This document shows, piece after piece, positions 24,869 to 37,437 of a stretch of 64,000 bases of DNA (its first letter is position 1; each line of letters begins with the position of its first letter). The DNA is from Pelomyxa schiedti (taxonomy: Eukaryota; Protista; Evosea): contig JAHLWZ010000790.1 of NCBI GenBank assembly GCA_020536535.1, forward strand, positions 322,961 through 386,960, in the 5' to 3' direction. The translations under genes and the position numbers were made by a program. The notes under the pieces are model-generated. The model was not told where the DNA came from. It searched no databases and saw nothing but the letters and a program-made list of their open reading frames with translations.

Positions 24869-27800
24869 GCACTCAAGGCCCAGTTATCCACAGTATTCCA
24901 ACTCCACCAACGTCGGGGAATCTGACAATAATATCGGTATATCTCTAATGAGTGTATAACAAAGCCCAACATTTATTTTCAGGGGGCAAACTTTGGGCCA
25001 GGAGGAATGAATTATGGAATTGGATATAGGATTGACAATGGATCTCTAATCTCAGCCACATGGCTTAGTCAAACACACCTCCTTATCCCATTCCCCGCTT
25101 CATCAGGAAGCTTCCACACTCTGCAGGTTGTGGTTCGAGACTTGCAGTCTGCTGTGGTTTCTTTTAGCTATGCTGGTATAGTATTAACTAACTTTTTCCT
25201 TTATTGACAACTCCAAGCTCCTAGTATAATTTCCGCAACTCCAGCTACTACTGACGGTCTCACCCAAACTATTATCACTGGCGTCAATTTTGGTCCGCTC
25301 GGAACTCCTGTTCTTGTTACAATCGAGTCCCAGGGAGTGCCTGTTGTCTGTTCAAATGCCTCTGTGTCTGTACCACATGTACAGATAACATGCATTCCAC
25401 CACAAGGAACCGGACAGTCTCATGCTGTAAATCTCGAAGTTCCACTTGGTACTGGAGCACAATTTTGTTCTGCAAATGTGTTCTCCTATTCAGGTTTTGA
25501 TCTTTTTTTATGCAAAAAAACAAAAAAAACAAAAAGAAACACTCTCTAATATCTTTCCTGTTTGTTTACATAACAGCTCCAGTAGTGTTATCAGCATCAT
25601 CAGTTTCCCATTCTGGTGGAGAGACAACTATAAGAGGTACAATTACCCTCTTTGTATCTGTTTTAACGTTCAAAGGTGCAAACTTTGGGCAAAACCCTTC
25701 TCTTGTCTCCGTCACAATAAACAAGAAAACCTGCAAATCGCCCACCATTAAAACAGCTCATACTATATTAACATGCCAAGCCCCAGCTGGAAGTGGGTCT
25801 TCTCTTGACGTTGTTGTCCTTGTTGATGGCCTGTACTCTGAGGAGTACCCTGTCTTTGATTATATACAATCTGGGCTCTCAAAGGGTGGGATTGCTGGAA
25901 TCTCTGTGGCTAGTATATGTGGAGCTGCTGCTCTCTGTGCCGCCGCTGCCGCTTTTCTTGTTTTCAAGTTTTTCACTTTCCTCCACGCTCTTAATGTTAA
26001 TATTGTAAAGGCGCAAGAAGGCGGATGCAGAATCCGAAGTATCCATGAATTCGTTGCTGCCGGACAACGGGGCATCTGTTGCGTTTGAAGATACCTTCAA
26101 TATTCCAGACTCAAGGTTGGCTAATATTGAGCCATTGTTTAACACTATACAGGAATGTGATTCTGAGTGATTTCATTCTTGCGGTGTGAAATCTCATTTT
26201 CAAATTAGGGTAACGTCTTTCAGACTTCTGTGTCAACATTGACTTTTGGCCTGGAATCGCGTCAAGCGGAAGTTGACCAAGTGCTGGAAGAAACCTTGAC
26301 ACTTCACAATGCGACAAAGAAGACAGTTTCATTCAAGTTCTTTGCACCACGATCATACAAGTACAAGATTGCTTTTGAGCCAGAAGCTGGGGTGATAGAT
26401 GCGGTTCGTTTTAATACTTGGTACTGTCTCCTGGATCCTTCTTACTTCATGTAGTCTTATGAGCAAGAGATTACTATAAAGGCTATCATACTGTGTACAA
26501 CAAGAGTTACTTCCCACGTTACTTTAGCTGCCAACTCAGGTTATTCCCAAATTTGATTGGAATTGATACTGAAATGTCTACAGGGCATGATTTTGCGAAG
26601 GGAGATGTGCAGCACTCCAAAATTGACTTCCACATTGAATCGGCTCTTTCTGGTAAGCTAGACCCTGAGGAGATTTCTTTGTCACGTCCTGCTATTGGTA
26701 ATGCACTGGTAACTACCCCTTTGTGACTGAAAGCATATAGGTGAAGGGTCTTATGGTTTTGTATATAAAGGTACAAGATTGCTGAATTGCAAGATCTAAC
26801 AGTACTTTAGGTGATTGGCGAGGCCAACTTGTTGCAGTGAAGGTATCAACAACGTTTTCTTGTATCTCCATTGTGACATCAAAATAGATTTTAAAGTGCC
26901 AGGAATCAACAACCACTGCTATTCGAGAAGATTTCTTAAAAGAGGTTTGCTTGTTTGCCAAGTGGGTGCCAATTTAATGTTGTGAAGGTGAAAATTATGG
27001 AGTCATTCCGCTGTCCACAGGTATTTTGGGGTAAGCCATCTTTAGTATAACCAACCAAACAAAACAGATTGTCAATTTTGTTGGCGCTGTGTATGTCCCG
27101 TCAAAGCTTGCTATTGTTACAGTTTGTTACACTAATTGCAATGCTCAAGTAATTACTGACAAACAAGGAATTTATGCCATTTGGCAGTCTCGCTACTCTA
27201 CTACGCACACAAAGGCTTACAGCTGTTCAAAAAATCAAAATGATGCAAGACGCAGCACGTGGGATGAATTTTTTGCATAAGGTGTGCAATTGCAATTGGG
27301 TTTTGTAACCTTCCTCACCCTCCCTCAGAGTGGCATACTTCACAGGTATCAGTTAGCCTCTGGTTTCACTAATACGACAAAGAGATTTAAAACTTGACAA
27401 TGTTCTGGTTTCCTCTTTGGACCCTGCCTGCGCAGTGTGTGCTAAAATATCTGACTTTGGCACTACCCGAACAGTGCAAGCAGAGAAAGATGCACTCCAA
27501 ATGACTCAGGGGATAGGGTACCACTCAAGTGATTCATTTTGAATGACTTATTTGAACAGAACTCCCGCGTATATGAGCCCAGAAATTTTGAGAAACAGTG
27601 ACTACAGCTCTTCATCAGATGTGTATAGGTGAGTTCACTTTGTATACACACTTTCTCACTGAGAACAAAGCTTTGGCGTTCTTCTTTATGCTGTCTTCAC
27701 GGAGCAAGGTTTCCTCCTCTTACTTTATTTTCTTTTTTTACTGGGAAATAGATCCCTATAGTGGTGCAGAATTCGCCACAGCATGGAGTATGTTTGAATT

Positions 27801-28033
27801 CATGTAGGACAATTCAATCTGACATTTTTGCAGAATTGGCTGAATTTGTCATATCAGGGAAAAGGATGGTGATTCCTAGTACAGTTCCAAAAGTGGTGTC
27901 TGATTTGATGACAACATGCTGGGACCAAGAGCCCTTGGCACGGCCAAGTAATATATATATATTTTATGCTTGACACTCACAGCTCACAGGTTTTGCCGAT
28001 GTTGTAACAATTTTGGAGCAAATGAAATTATAA
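16522..28033 (+). CDS. Giant single-pass receptor kinase: signal peptide, 29 IPT/TIG repeats, TM, Entamoeba-TMK-type juxtamembrane domain, TKL kinase
   Basis: Signal MRQSLLIL-VVAIWSLGCEG; repeats PxI..TxG..IxGxNFG..V.I.G..C..I.C..PPG.G..FSY; TM IAGISVASICGAAALCAAAAAFLVF (~25891-25965); SGKLDPEEI..IGEGSYG..VAVK..HRDLKLDN..KISDFG..GTPAYMSPE..DVYSFG; TAA 28031-28033. Confidence 0.93.
16603..25866 (+). repeat. Array of 29 diverged IPT/TIG coding cassettes (~250-270 nt coding each)
   Basis: Hand-translated; every repeat ends in F/aliphatic-x-Y/F-x followed by a phase-1 GT-AG intron and restarts with x-P (x-M in repeat 8). Confidence 0.88.
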
Positions 28034-28124
28034 CGATCTGTTTACATATTTTTTGTTGTTGGCTTTTGAAAGGGGCGGGATGATTCCTTCCTAACCATTG
28101 AAGTTACTTCAAACCGTACCGCGT

Positions 28125-29124
28125 TCAAGAATCGTTTTTCTGAACATCCTCAACTTGAATCTATGGGGGAGTAAGAAGTGTAGGCCAGATTTGGGTCGCA
28201 CAGTTTGATTTGTTGTCAGGCCACAATGTTGAAGTGTGCCTACACGTAGCTCACGAAGTTTTAGCCCAAAAGCCACAGTCCAAAGAGTAACTGAGTCTAC
28301 TGGTACATTGATCTTTTCACACAGAAGTTTCTTACCAGAGAGTTAGCGAGTCACAGAGTGCTAAAGAGGAAACCTTCAAATCCGCTACAGAGGCATTTCC
28401 ACTCATTTTCAGGGTGTGGGCGGTCGTCCCATAGACCAAATTTAGTCTAAGAGGCCTCAATTCGAGCTTTCCGCCACAGCGATGCCGTAAAATTCGTGGT
28501 CCTCCCCCGTACCTGTCCAAAGTTCAATAGGAGGCATGCACGACTGTCAGTAAAATATTTCTGCAAACCAGTTCCAAAGGAGTTGCCACGCCTTCAATGT
28601 GATATCTTCATATTTGTCAGAAATCCTTTCCTGCAATTGCACATCATTATCGCCAAAGTCACCAGCACCACCTGGGACAACGAGAGTTGAGTTGTCAATT
28701 TGGCCTGGAGGATGTGGATTTGTCTGGAACTCCCGCAACCATTTTTTGTTTATGAGGCAGAACACTCCATCTGAATTTCTGATGTCTGCCAGTGACACAC
28801 TCTCCCTTTGTTTAACAATGGGTGGTAGTCTGTCTAACCAACAAATGAACTGTAAGCAATAGCCAGGTAGAATAGTCAATTGACTATGTACACCAACTCT
28901 GGAGTGATGCCCACACATCAAAGCAACATGCCTGTTATTCTCCCTTTCAAATCAACTATGCTTTTAGTGCAAGGCCCCAAGGAAAGAGTAGATTTGTATT
29001 AAAAACGGGCCACCCACCATTCATCGAAATTCCTTTGCTCGGTTGTGTCAATGTCACGAGACGAAGGGACACTCTCGAATGATGGGTCTTCCCACGTGCG
29101 GTACTGCCAATTCCGCCACAACAT
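28125..29124 (-). CDS. DUSP + ubiquitin-like domain protein with N-terminal F-box-like motif and no USP catalytic domain
   Basis: FCLINKKWLREF..PPGQIDNSTL..YEDITLKAWQLLWNW-YGGGPRI (DUSP); LNLVYG..LKMSGNASVADLK-KLLCEKINVP..TLQHCGLTTNQT-IQVE (UBL); TGA follows at 28125-28127. Confidence 0.8.
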
Positions 29125-29271
29125 GCTGTCCTTATATCGGAGAAACCGTTTGTGCAAATTGTGGGAAGGCGGCGATGAGAGGCCGACGTGGCTGATGAAA
29201 AAACACTTCCCGTTTTAAGGTGAAACTTTAAGGCGTGGTCGGTTACAAAGGGAAAAAAAAAGGCAGGACAC

Positions 29272-29723
29272 ATGGACGTTACACACATCTTTGCAGAGCA
29301 GCAGGCCATAAACGACAACAATGTACTTGGGTTGATGTACATCCCCTTCTTCTTAGATGTTTCTTGTAGAAGTGCTTCCACTGCAACGCGGCCAACCCCA
29401 GATGGGCATCACACACAAACGGAATTTACGTGTGTCTAAACTGTGCGGGGCTCCATCGGGCACTGGGGGTGCATATCTCCCACATCAAGTAAGAGACATC
29501 CGTCAGCAAATTTGTTGTTGACTGTTCCCCCCAACTTCGTGCCACTAGGTCACTGACACTGGATACATGGAAACCTGCTGAAGTTCAGACAATGCAACAT
29601 GCCGGGAATGCTGTATTCCGGCGATACCTGATGGATCACGGCGTCATGGACATGTCACCGAACATGTTGTCTTCTGATGTGGCTCGTGGTTGGAGGGAGT
29701 ACCTTGCCTCCAAAAAGGACTAA
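29272..29723 (+). CDS. Small stand-alone ArfGAP, 3 exons
   Basis: [50 protein letters not shown]: CxxC-16-CxxC-4-R zinc finger with catalytic Arg; TAA 29721-29723. Confidence 0.92.
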
Positions 29724-29753
29724 GTTTATGATTTAAGATAGCTTGTCTTTGTT

Positions 29754-31351
29754 CTATGAGTGTTTTGTCAAAAATGTTGTGAACATATCCAAGCACGCAA
29801 CGGGTTGTGCGGCTGGAGCCTGGTGACTTGCACCAAGCACTATTGTGTGGGTGAGAGTGCGGGCTGTCTTGGTAAAGCCAACAGTTGCGCCATCTATCAA
29901 CCATGGCTCTTGAACTGCGTTCTTGTAGTCTGCATTTCCTGTTGGTATTGTCAGGCACTAGGTATGCTGAGAAAGGAGCTACCTGCCCAGTCCAGATTGG
30001 TAAGAATATTTTCAGAACCAAGCAAGTTACAAACTAAATCGAATTGACCTAATCGATTGTGAAAAACGAAGCTTTTAGACTTGTCACTGCATACCACTGT
30101 ACACTATTATTGGGTAATAATCCAGTAGGTACGTTAAGGTATCTACTGCTGGTCTTACAACATCCGACTGGAGGTGCATCTGTACAGCCCCATTTCCAAA
30201 AGACCAATCCGTAGTGGCATTGAGTGAACTGGGTTGCTTATCATGGATTGCTAGAGAGTGGCAAGGAAGTACCTTTTAATATCGGGAGTATTAAGGTACA
30301 CAGTCAAGGCGTCAATATTGGGATCAAGTGGATCTCCATTGAAATATCTCACATCGTATTCATCAACATTTCCGGCTTTTGTGATTACACAATTTGTGAC
30401 CTACCAGAACTATAAGGGTTCAAGAAAGTTCGTGGAAGCACCCACCTCATCAGCTGCAAGAGCTGCGACAACGTATTTTTTGTCCTCATCGGAATCAATG
30501 GCAGCCTGATAAGCGGTCTCAAATTTATCTTCAACTGCTTGGCATCTAATTCAAAGTTAACAGCTAGTTCAATAACCTTTCATAGATACTCTGAAACTTC
30601 ACGAGATCCAAGTAAGCCTAAAGCAACAGCCCATGGAATGAGGTTGCGAGTTTGCATGTATGGATATACCCATCCATCACCAAGTCCCAGTCCGTGGAGA
30701 TTTACAGTAGCACCCTTCAGATTTTCTTGAAGAATTTTATTTGCAATCGCAGGGATATCTTGTAATGTGAACAGAAACTTTGGAGAAGGTGTTTTGTACA
30801 TTTTCCAGCATAACTTTCCCCAAAGATAAACAGAGGATTGCTCTTGTAATCCGGGAAAAGAGAAAACCATTGTTGCAAACCGTAATAAAACTCAGAAGCA
30901 ATCTGGGACTCGGAACGGACGTAACTCGAAGAACTTCCTTTACAAATAAAAAGTGAGTGCAGAGAATGCCATAACAGAATGAAGTAGCACATTAGATACC
31001 TACGTAGCCATAACCTGTGCCAGCCGGCTGGTCGAAGTAAATCATATTTGAAGCTGTGTGCCACGATAACGGGTTGACTGTGACGGTGCCATCGGCGGCG
31101 CACAGATAAGGCCCGTTTTCCAGGTAAGCGCCAGTCAAGGAACTAACACCTGGGCCACCAGACAACCATATAGTAAGAGGGGCGGTCTTGGGGGTATACG
31201 TAGTGCCACCGTACTCCACAAAGTAGTAGTACAGGTGGTTGTTGTTGGTCTCATTGCTTGGAACATAACCACAGTGAAGAACAGGAGCTGGGGCGGCATC
31301 GAGTGTTACGCAAAAGGTGACCACCAACAAGCCGAGGAGCACTGGCACCAT
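29754..31351 (-). CDS. Secreted/lysosomal serine carboxypeptidase (peptidase S10)
   Basis: Signal peptide; WLSGGPGVSS, ENGP, DQPAGTGYG, GESYAGKY (catalytic Ser), GLGDGW, VLGASHQAP (catalytic His). Confidence 0.95.
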
Positions 31352-31647
31352 TTTTCCGCCTCTTATTTTTAGGGTTTGTCTCTTTGTCGCTGTAAGGCAT
31401 TTGGGTGCCCCACACGAAAGACCTGCACGAAATAAAGAAAAATCGAGTGCCGTTTCTGGCGAAGATTCAGGAAATGACAATATTTAATCAATTGGGGGAT
31501 TTATGCAATGCTGCAGGGAACTAATGCCACCCACTGACACCTTTCTACTCGACCATCTGCCAGAGGAGTGGCGCAGATTTGTTGTGTTTGGAAATTTCGC
31601 GTTTGGCTGCCTGAAATCATTCTTGTGTATTTTTTCGGACCAAGTAC

Positions 31648-34600
31648 ATGAAGCGGACATTCCGACGCAAGCAACAGCACTCCGCTGACGATGACAACGT
31701 GACGCCGGTACCTCCCGAATCTGCGCCTGGCACACAGACTCCCGTGCTTCCAGATCTGGCGCAGCAACAGCAAGCCCAAGTGCCTTCCAATGTAACCCCT
31801 ACTCCGTCGGTGCCGACTACAGAGGTGTCAGTTTCCAGTGTTACGAGCACGACGCATGCAACCCACACACATTCCAAGAGAAAGGGTATCTCTCGTGCAG
31901 CAATTGCAGTATCGTCTTCATCGCCCCCTAGTGGCGCGGCCACAACGGGTACCACTGCATCCACCACTATTACAACAACAAAGACTCTTCTGAGCTTTGG
32001 TGAGGACGAAGAACCCACACCACAGGTACCTTTAGGCAACTATCGTACCGGTTTTCTTATTCTTCCTTCAGTTCCATACAAAACCCATCCAACTTGTAAA
32101 GAAAAACCCAAGAAAATTGTCACGGTATTATGTCCTTTCCCCTTATGTCCTTGTGACACTACGCAGGGACACTTCAGCAGCCACTCCTAGCACGGCTACA
32201 CGAGCATTTGGGAGTGACACAGGTTTGTACCCCATATATCGAGGGTGTAGAATGAGCTCAAAAAATACTTTTTAGGTCAGTACACACCTGACAAACTTGC
32301 TGATTTGCGACGGAATAGCACCACCATAAAAGCACCTACACCAGAAGCTGCACACACACTGCAATCTACAATTACGGTACAGACTTCTACATCACCTGGA
32401 ATCGCATCCACTCCTGGAAGTATACCAGTCACTCTTCACCAACTTCCTGCCTCCACACCAGTTGTTTCCTCGGTCATTCCTTTATCCGAAACGGCCGCCG
32501 AACTGACTGGGGAAGATGCTATCTCCTTCATGGACAATGGTATGCGAATTCTCATCTCATTTTTTTTTTAATGAGTGAAGATGGAAATGGAGATGTGCAG
32601 CTCACTGAAGAGCAACAACAAGCAGTAAAGGCCAAAAAAATGCACATGATGAACGCCATTCCCAGCAAGTCCCCATCAGCGCAGCCTGACTTCATTCCCC
32701 TCGACTCTCGACTTGCCCCCAAAATAGGTCTGGTCTCTGCTGATTAAATTACCATAAGGTTCGACTGTATTTATCGTACCCTTAGGTACACACATGGCCC
32801 CTCAGCAGCAGCACTCAAATCGCATCAAGTTCGCAGATCCGGGGAGGGACACGACAAAAGTTGTTTTGGTTGTGATTTCATACAGTTATTTGGTTTTACA
32901 TGGTTTTACTCTATTTTAACTTTTTTCTCTAGGAGCCATCCTCACTCACTGGGGGGGTTGTGGGGGATGACGATGACGATGAAGTGCAGCTCTGGGTCAA
33001 TGAACAGATCAAGAAAGGGTGTGTTAACAAAGGGGAACTCGCCAAGTTGAAGGTACGCTCCATTCTTGTGTAATAAATTTCCAAGTTAAAATAATCCCAA
33101 CAGGAAACTGTGAAGGAGAAGCCGCTAAAACAAGTTCAACCTATCCCGTTTGGTGGCAAGTAACCCCAACAAGTCTTCATGTCTCACCTCTTGTAGCACT
33201 TCTCCTGAAACCAATTCCAAAAATCAGTGCTGAAGAGTTTACTGTAAAATTGGAAGCAGAGCTGAAGTTATCTTCCGAAACTTATTCATCCCAGCAGAGC
33301 CAGATGAAACAAGTAGACTGTTTATGACATTTCTTCCGTCTCACACGCACAGATAAATACTGAAATCGATGAGTGCAACAAAAATCTTAAGGATATTGCA
33401 GAATCTCTCCAAAAAGCAACAACTCAAAGCCACATGTTTATTGGAATAAAGGAGTACTTGAAAAATCTATTGGATTTGTTTGCTGAGAAGGTATGCCAGA
33501 GTTGAAACTACATCATTTTTATGCGAATTTGCGAGCAGGCCCCACAAATAGAGAGTCTGGAAGAGCGAGTGATGCAAATTGAAGCCCAGCGATCACTTAC
33601 ACGACTTCAAGCTTCTGAGCTTCAGCTGTCATTAGAACTAAAAGTCGCCCTGGGGGGAGTTGACATAGGTACTCAACACTTATTATTACGTAATTTTACT
33701 CCCATTCCACAGAAACTGTGGAGCCAGTAACAAGAACCCGATTCCAAAAGAGAAGCTCAAGGTCCGAGTCTCTTGGGGGAGCTGATTTTTCCGACTCTGA
33801 AGATGAATCTGCCTTGAAGAACTATAATAGCACATTTGGTATGGAGCATGAGCCAAAGCTTTTCCTTACCCTCATTCAGATGCCATCAACCAGGAGGCAG
33901 ATCGACTCTTTGAGGATGTGGAAGACGACTACAGAGCCATTTCTCAGATTAAAGCAGTCTTTGAGGAATGGAAGAAAAATGACCCTTACAGCTATCGTCA
34001 GGTTTTTCCAACCCCCAATTATTAAATTACTTACAATACCAGGCCTATGTATCTCTAAGTGTTCCGTCACTTTTCTCGCCTCTTGTCCGATTTGAAATGT
34101 TACAGTGGGACCCCCTATTCAATATTTCCTTTGATAACTATGAGTGGTACAAAGTACTACTAGATTATGGCGTTGGTGATGTGCGTCTCTTTAAACTTTG
34201 AATGCATAAGCCAATCATCACAGAAAGAAATAAACCCAGACGATATGGATTTGTCTTTAGTTCCAACACTTGTGGAAAAAGTTGTGATCCCAAGGGTGAG
34301 GCACACAATATCTCGCTGCTGGGATCCCTATTCGCGAACGCAAAACAAACAAGCTCAGAAGTTAATTGCAGAGTTGTTACCATATGTCGACGCTTCTGCA
34401 CCCAACTTCAAGGTAGAATCCCTCACTTGACACCCTAACCGCTCCCCAGGAAATTTTTACTGATGTTCTGGTTTCTATGCACGGGGCAGCAGATAGAGCA
34501 CCCAAACTTCCAAAATCCCCAGCGGAACCAAACACCCCAGCCTACAAGAGTTGCATGCGACTTGTATGGCGGATAACACGGGTATGCTCACTTCTTTCTG

Positions 34601-34981
34601 CTCTTACACTCACACAGTACGTAATAGCTTATCTGCAATGTTGTGTCATGGCACGAGTTATTGGACACTAGCAGCGTGCAAAGGCTGGCATTTGACAACA
34701 TTCTCAACATGAAACTCCTCCCACACTTAAAGACCCTCAGCGCACCCAAAGATGCCTTGCTCGTCTGTGAGCACATCGTAAACTCCGTCCCGCCAAGCTG
34801 GCTACCTGACCACAAGGTGTTAAGTAATTCGTCACCCACAACGGCCTCGGCACCAGCACCCTCGTTTCTCCTGCTTCTGGCTGATTTTGTGCGCATACAC
34901 CTGTCTATGGCACTGGCGCCTTCCACGCGTGGCGCGCCCAACACCAACTTGACAAACTTGCTGCAGAAACTTTATGGGTGA
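31648..34981 (+). CDS. GCFC-domain spliceosome disassembly factor (PAXBP1/GCFC2/Ntr2-like)
   Basis: LLSFGEDEE, YTPDKLADLR, PDFIPLD, WVNEQIKKG, FEDVEDDY..FEEWK..YRQAYVSLS..LVRFEMLQWDPL, LVEKVVIP..WDPYS. Confidence 0.9.
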
Positions 34982-35031
34982 GGAAAAAAAAAACCTCTTG
35001 CTTTTTTTTTAGTTGTTCTTGTTGAGAGGAC

Positions 35032-37357
35032 TTAACTGCTGGTGGTGGTGTTTGTGTTTGGGTCGGTGGGAGGTGTGCACCTAATTGTGTTTAGTTCCCG
35101 GCGATTTGTACAGTTATGTGAATGGGGAACGCACATAGAGTCTGGTTGAGCGACACACGACTCGGGGAGAGGGACGGGAGCGACACCCTGAGTGAGGTAC
35201 TGGAAAGAAATTAATTAAGGAAAAGTGGGGGTGAAAAAGAAACCTCTCTATCTTGGGGGTAGTAATACTCTCCTGAGGGTGTAATGTAATTACTGGAGGA
35301 AAGAGACGAAGTGAAACTTACGAGGGTACATGGCGTACTGGTCGTGGTATGGCTGTGGGGAATGTGTGACTAAGATGGTAAAGGGGGAGAGCCTATGCAT
35401 ACTTTGCCGAAGTTAACTTTGAAAGGCGCACCGCCAAGGGTTTTGCCCTGTAAACCTTGAACGGCATCTGAAGCCTCTTTTTCGGTTTGGTAATTGATGA
35501 AGCAGCACCTACAAAGAGGTCACAATACATTGCGGCTAAGCAGACAGGGAAGGAACGTGCTTGTTCTTTGGGAGGCACTTCAATGACACAATTGTCCCAA
35601 AATGTTCCGCTAGGCTCCTTATTTCATCTTCTGAAGTTGTTGCCAAGTCTCCTACCCACACAGCCCTACTAGGAGGATTGGGGACAAGAGGTGCACGTGT
35701 GTAAAAAGCAGTTGGTGCACCATACCCAGTGGAAGAGGTGGGCTGGGATAGGTTAGATTTTTCATTTGAGTAAAAACAAGCACAACCGGTTGCCTTGGTT
35801 TACGGAAATGAACAGATAATACGTGTTCATGGAAATTTAACTCATGGAATTTAGCCTTCGCCTTTTGTGCTTGTTCCACTGAATCCAGTGTAACGAATGC
35901 ACAAAACCTGCAAGCTTTCAGAAAAGAGGAGGGGGGAAAAAAAGAGCATACTTGTCGGATTTGATAGTAACCGCTACATTTTCACAAAACTCACGGAATA
36001 ATGCTTTAATATCATCTTCTGAGATGTTGTCACCTATATTCCCCACCCACAATTCCTTGGATGGAACTTCTGGTGTGGACTATGTCACAATGAGCCAAAG
36101 GTACAAAGCACACCCCGACATACCACTTTTGGAAGAAACGAGCGTAATGTCAAAGGTTTTGGGCCAGAGTGTTTCACATTCTTTCCGTGCCCTTGTGTGG
36201 TTTGTTGTGGTGCCTGATGAGGCTCTGGCCGCTTGCTCCTAAGTTTTGTGTGTTTGTTCTTGCTTTCGGCAAGAGAAGGGAAGTTTGCATCGCCTGTTGG
36301 GAGAGGTTCCTCTTCAGCAGCAGAGCTTTTGGTGTTACAGTTGAGAAATTGTTGACAGTAATGTTAAATCTCACCCAGTAGTATGAGAAATGGAAATCTT
36401 CTCTATTTGGTTGGATAAATCGGCTGCAGTTTCTGGGGCCTTTCCAATTTCTTGTGTGGGTGGCTGTGGCCGTTGGGTTACATTGCGCGTTTGTTGGCGT
36501 ATAGTAGGGTGATGTGGTTGAGTAGTTGCTTGGTGAAGCACCTGCCCTTGATGGGTGGTATAAGTTTGTGCGTCTTGTGGCTGTGTAGATTGTTGATCTT
36601 GCTGATTATATTTCCTGAACAGTCTGTTTGGATACTGTTGTGCTTGCTGGGAAGGAATAAATAACCTAGAGGTAACGTGAAGAACGGTACATACATTGTA
36701 CGGATAAGGTAGATATGGCGGTATAAGTGGAACATTATAGGGGTAGAACCCATACGGGGGCCAGCCACCTTGCACCATTGGATACAGACCTCTTTCGGCC
36801 CCACTACTGGCACCAGTTTGTGATTGCGCGGGTGCATTAAATCCACCCGAGGATGTACCACTTTGGTCCGCTGAGGAATTGCGTGCTTCAGTCGGGGGTG
36901 TTGTTTCCACTTTGGGTGAAATGGGGGATGTGCTCGGCATGGATAACATTGTGGATGGCTTTGGTGTAGGATAGAAGACACCCTTCGAGTAGAAACCCGG
37001 AAGGCCAGGTTGAATACGAGGAGGAGGGTAGTACGGCATATTTGGATCTATGTACTGTGGGTAAAACTGTCCCCCATAGGGCTGAATACCAGAGAAACAA
37101 ACGTGAGACTTGGGTTGAAAAAAATAAAAAAAAAGTCGTTTACTTGTAAGTCTGGCTGCCCGTTGCTGTACATTCACAAAAAGGGATCTGTGTGTTGCAC
37201 ATCAGAAAGAAAGGAAGATCGGTAGATCTCGACGCATTACCACGAGGCACTGCCCTTCGGCTCCGGGCCTTTGTTGTATGTTTTTCTTTTGGTTTACTTT
37301 CCCAGATCTTCCAAGAATGATGATTGACACCTTAGGATAGTTGAGGGGCAATTGCAT
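35032..37357 (-). CDS. RNA-binding protein with P/Y/Q-rich N-terminus and two RRM domains
   Basis: RRM1 LWVGNIGDNISEDDIKALF..CAFVTLDSVEQAQKAK..LSVHF; RRM2 LWVGDL..CFINYQTEKEASDAVQGLQGKTLGGAPFKVNFGK; start and end approximate. Confidence 0.8.
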
Positions 37358-37437
37358 GTCCCAAACGACGGGAAATAGAAAAAAATGCTAATCGACGGTC
37401 TAAGAGGCAAAAGAGGAAAAATAAGCAATCGAAGGTG

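Noticed and set aside
16603-25866. CRISPR-like or satellite array
   Set aside because: The periodicity is at protein and intron-position level; no identical nucleotide repeats with spacers.
29760-30047. Cys-rich plus-strand ORF resembling a zinc finger or toxin
   Set aside because: Antisense to the carboxypeptidase exons carrying the catalytic His; downstream of the ArfGAP stop.
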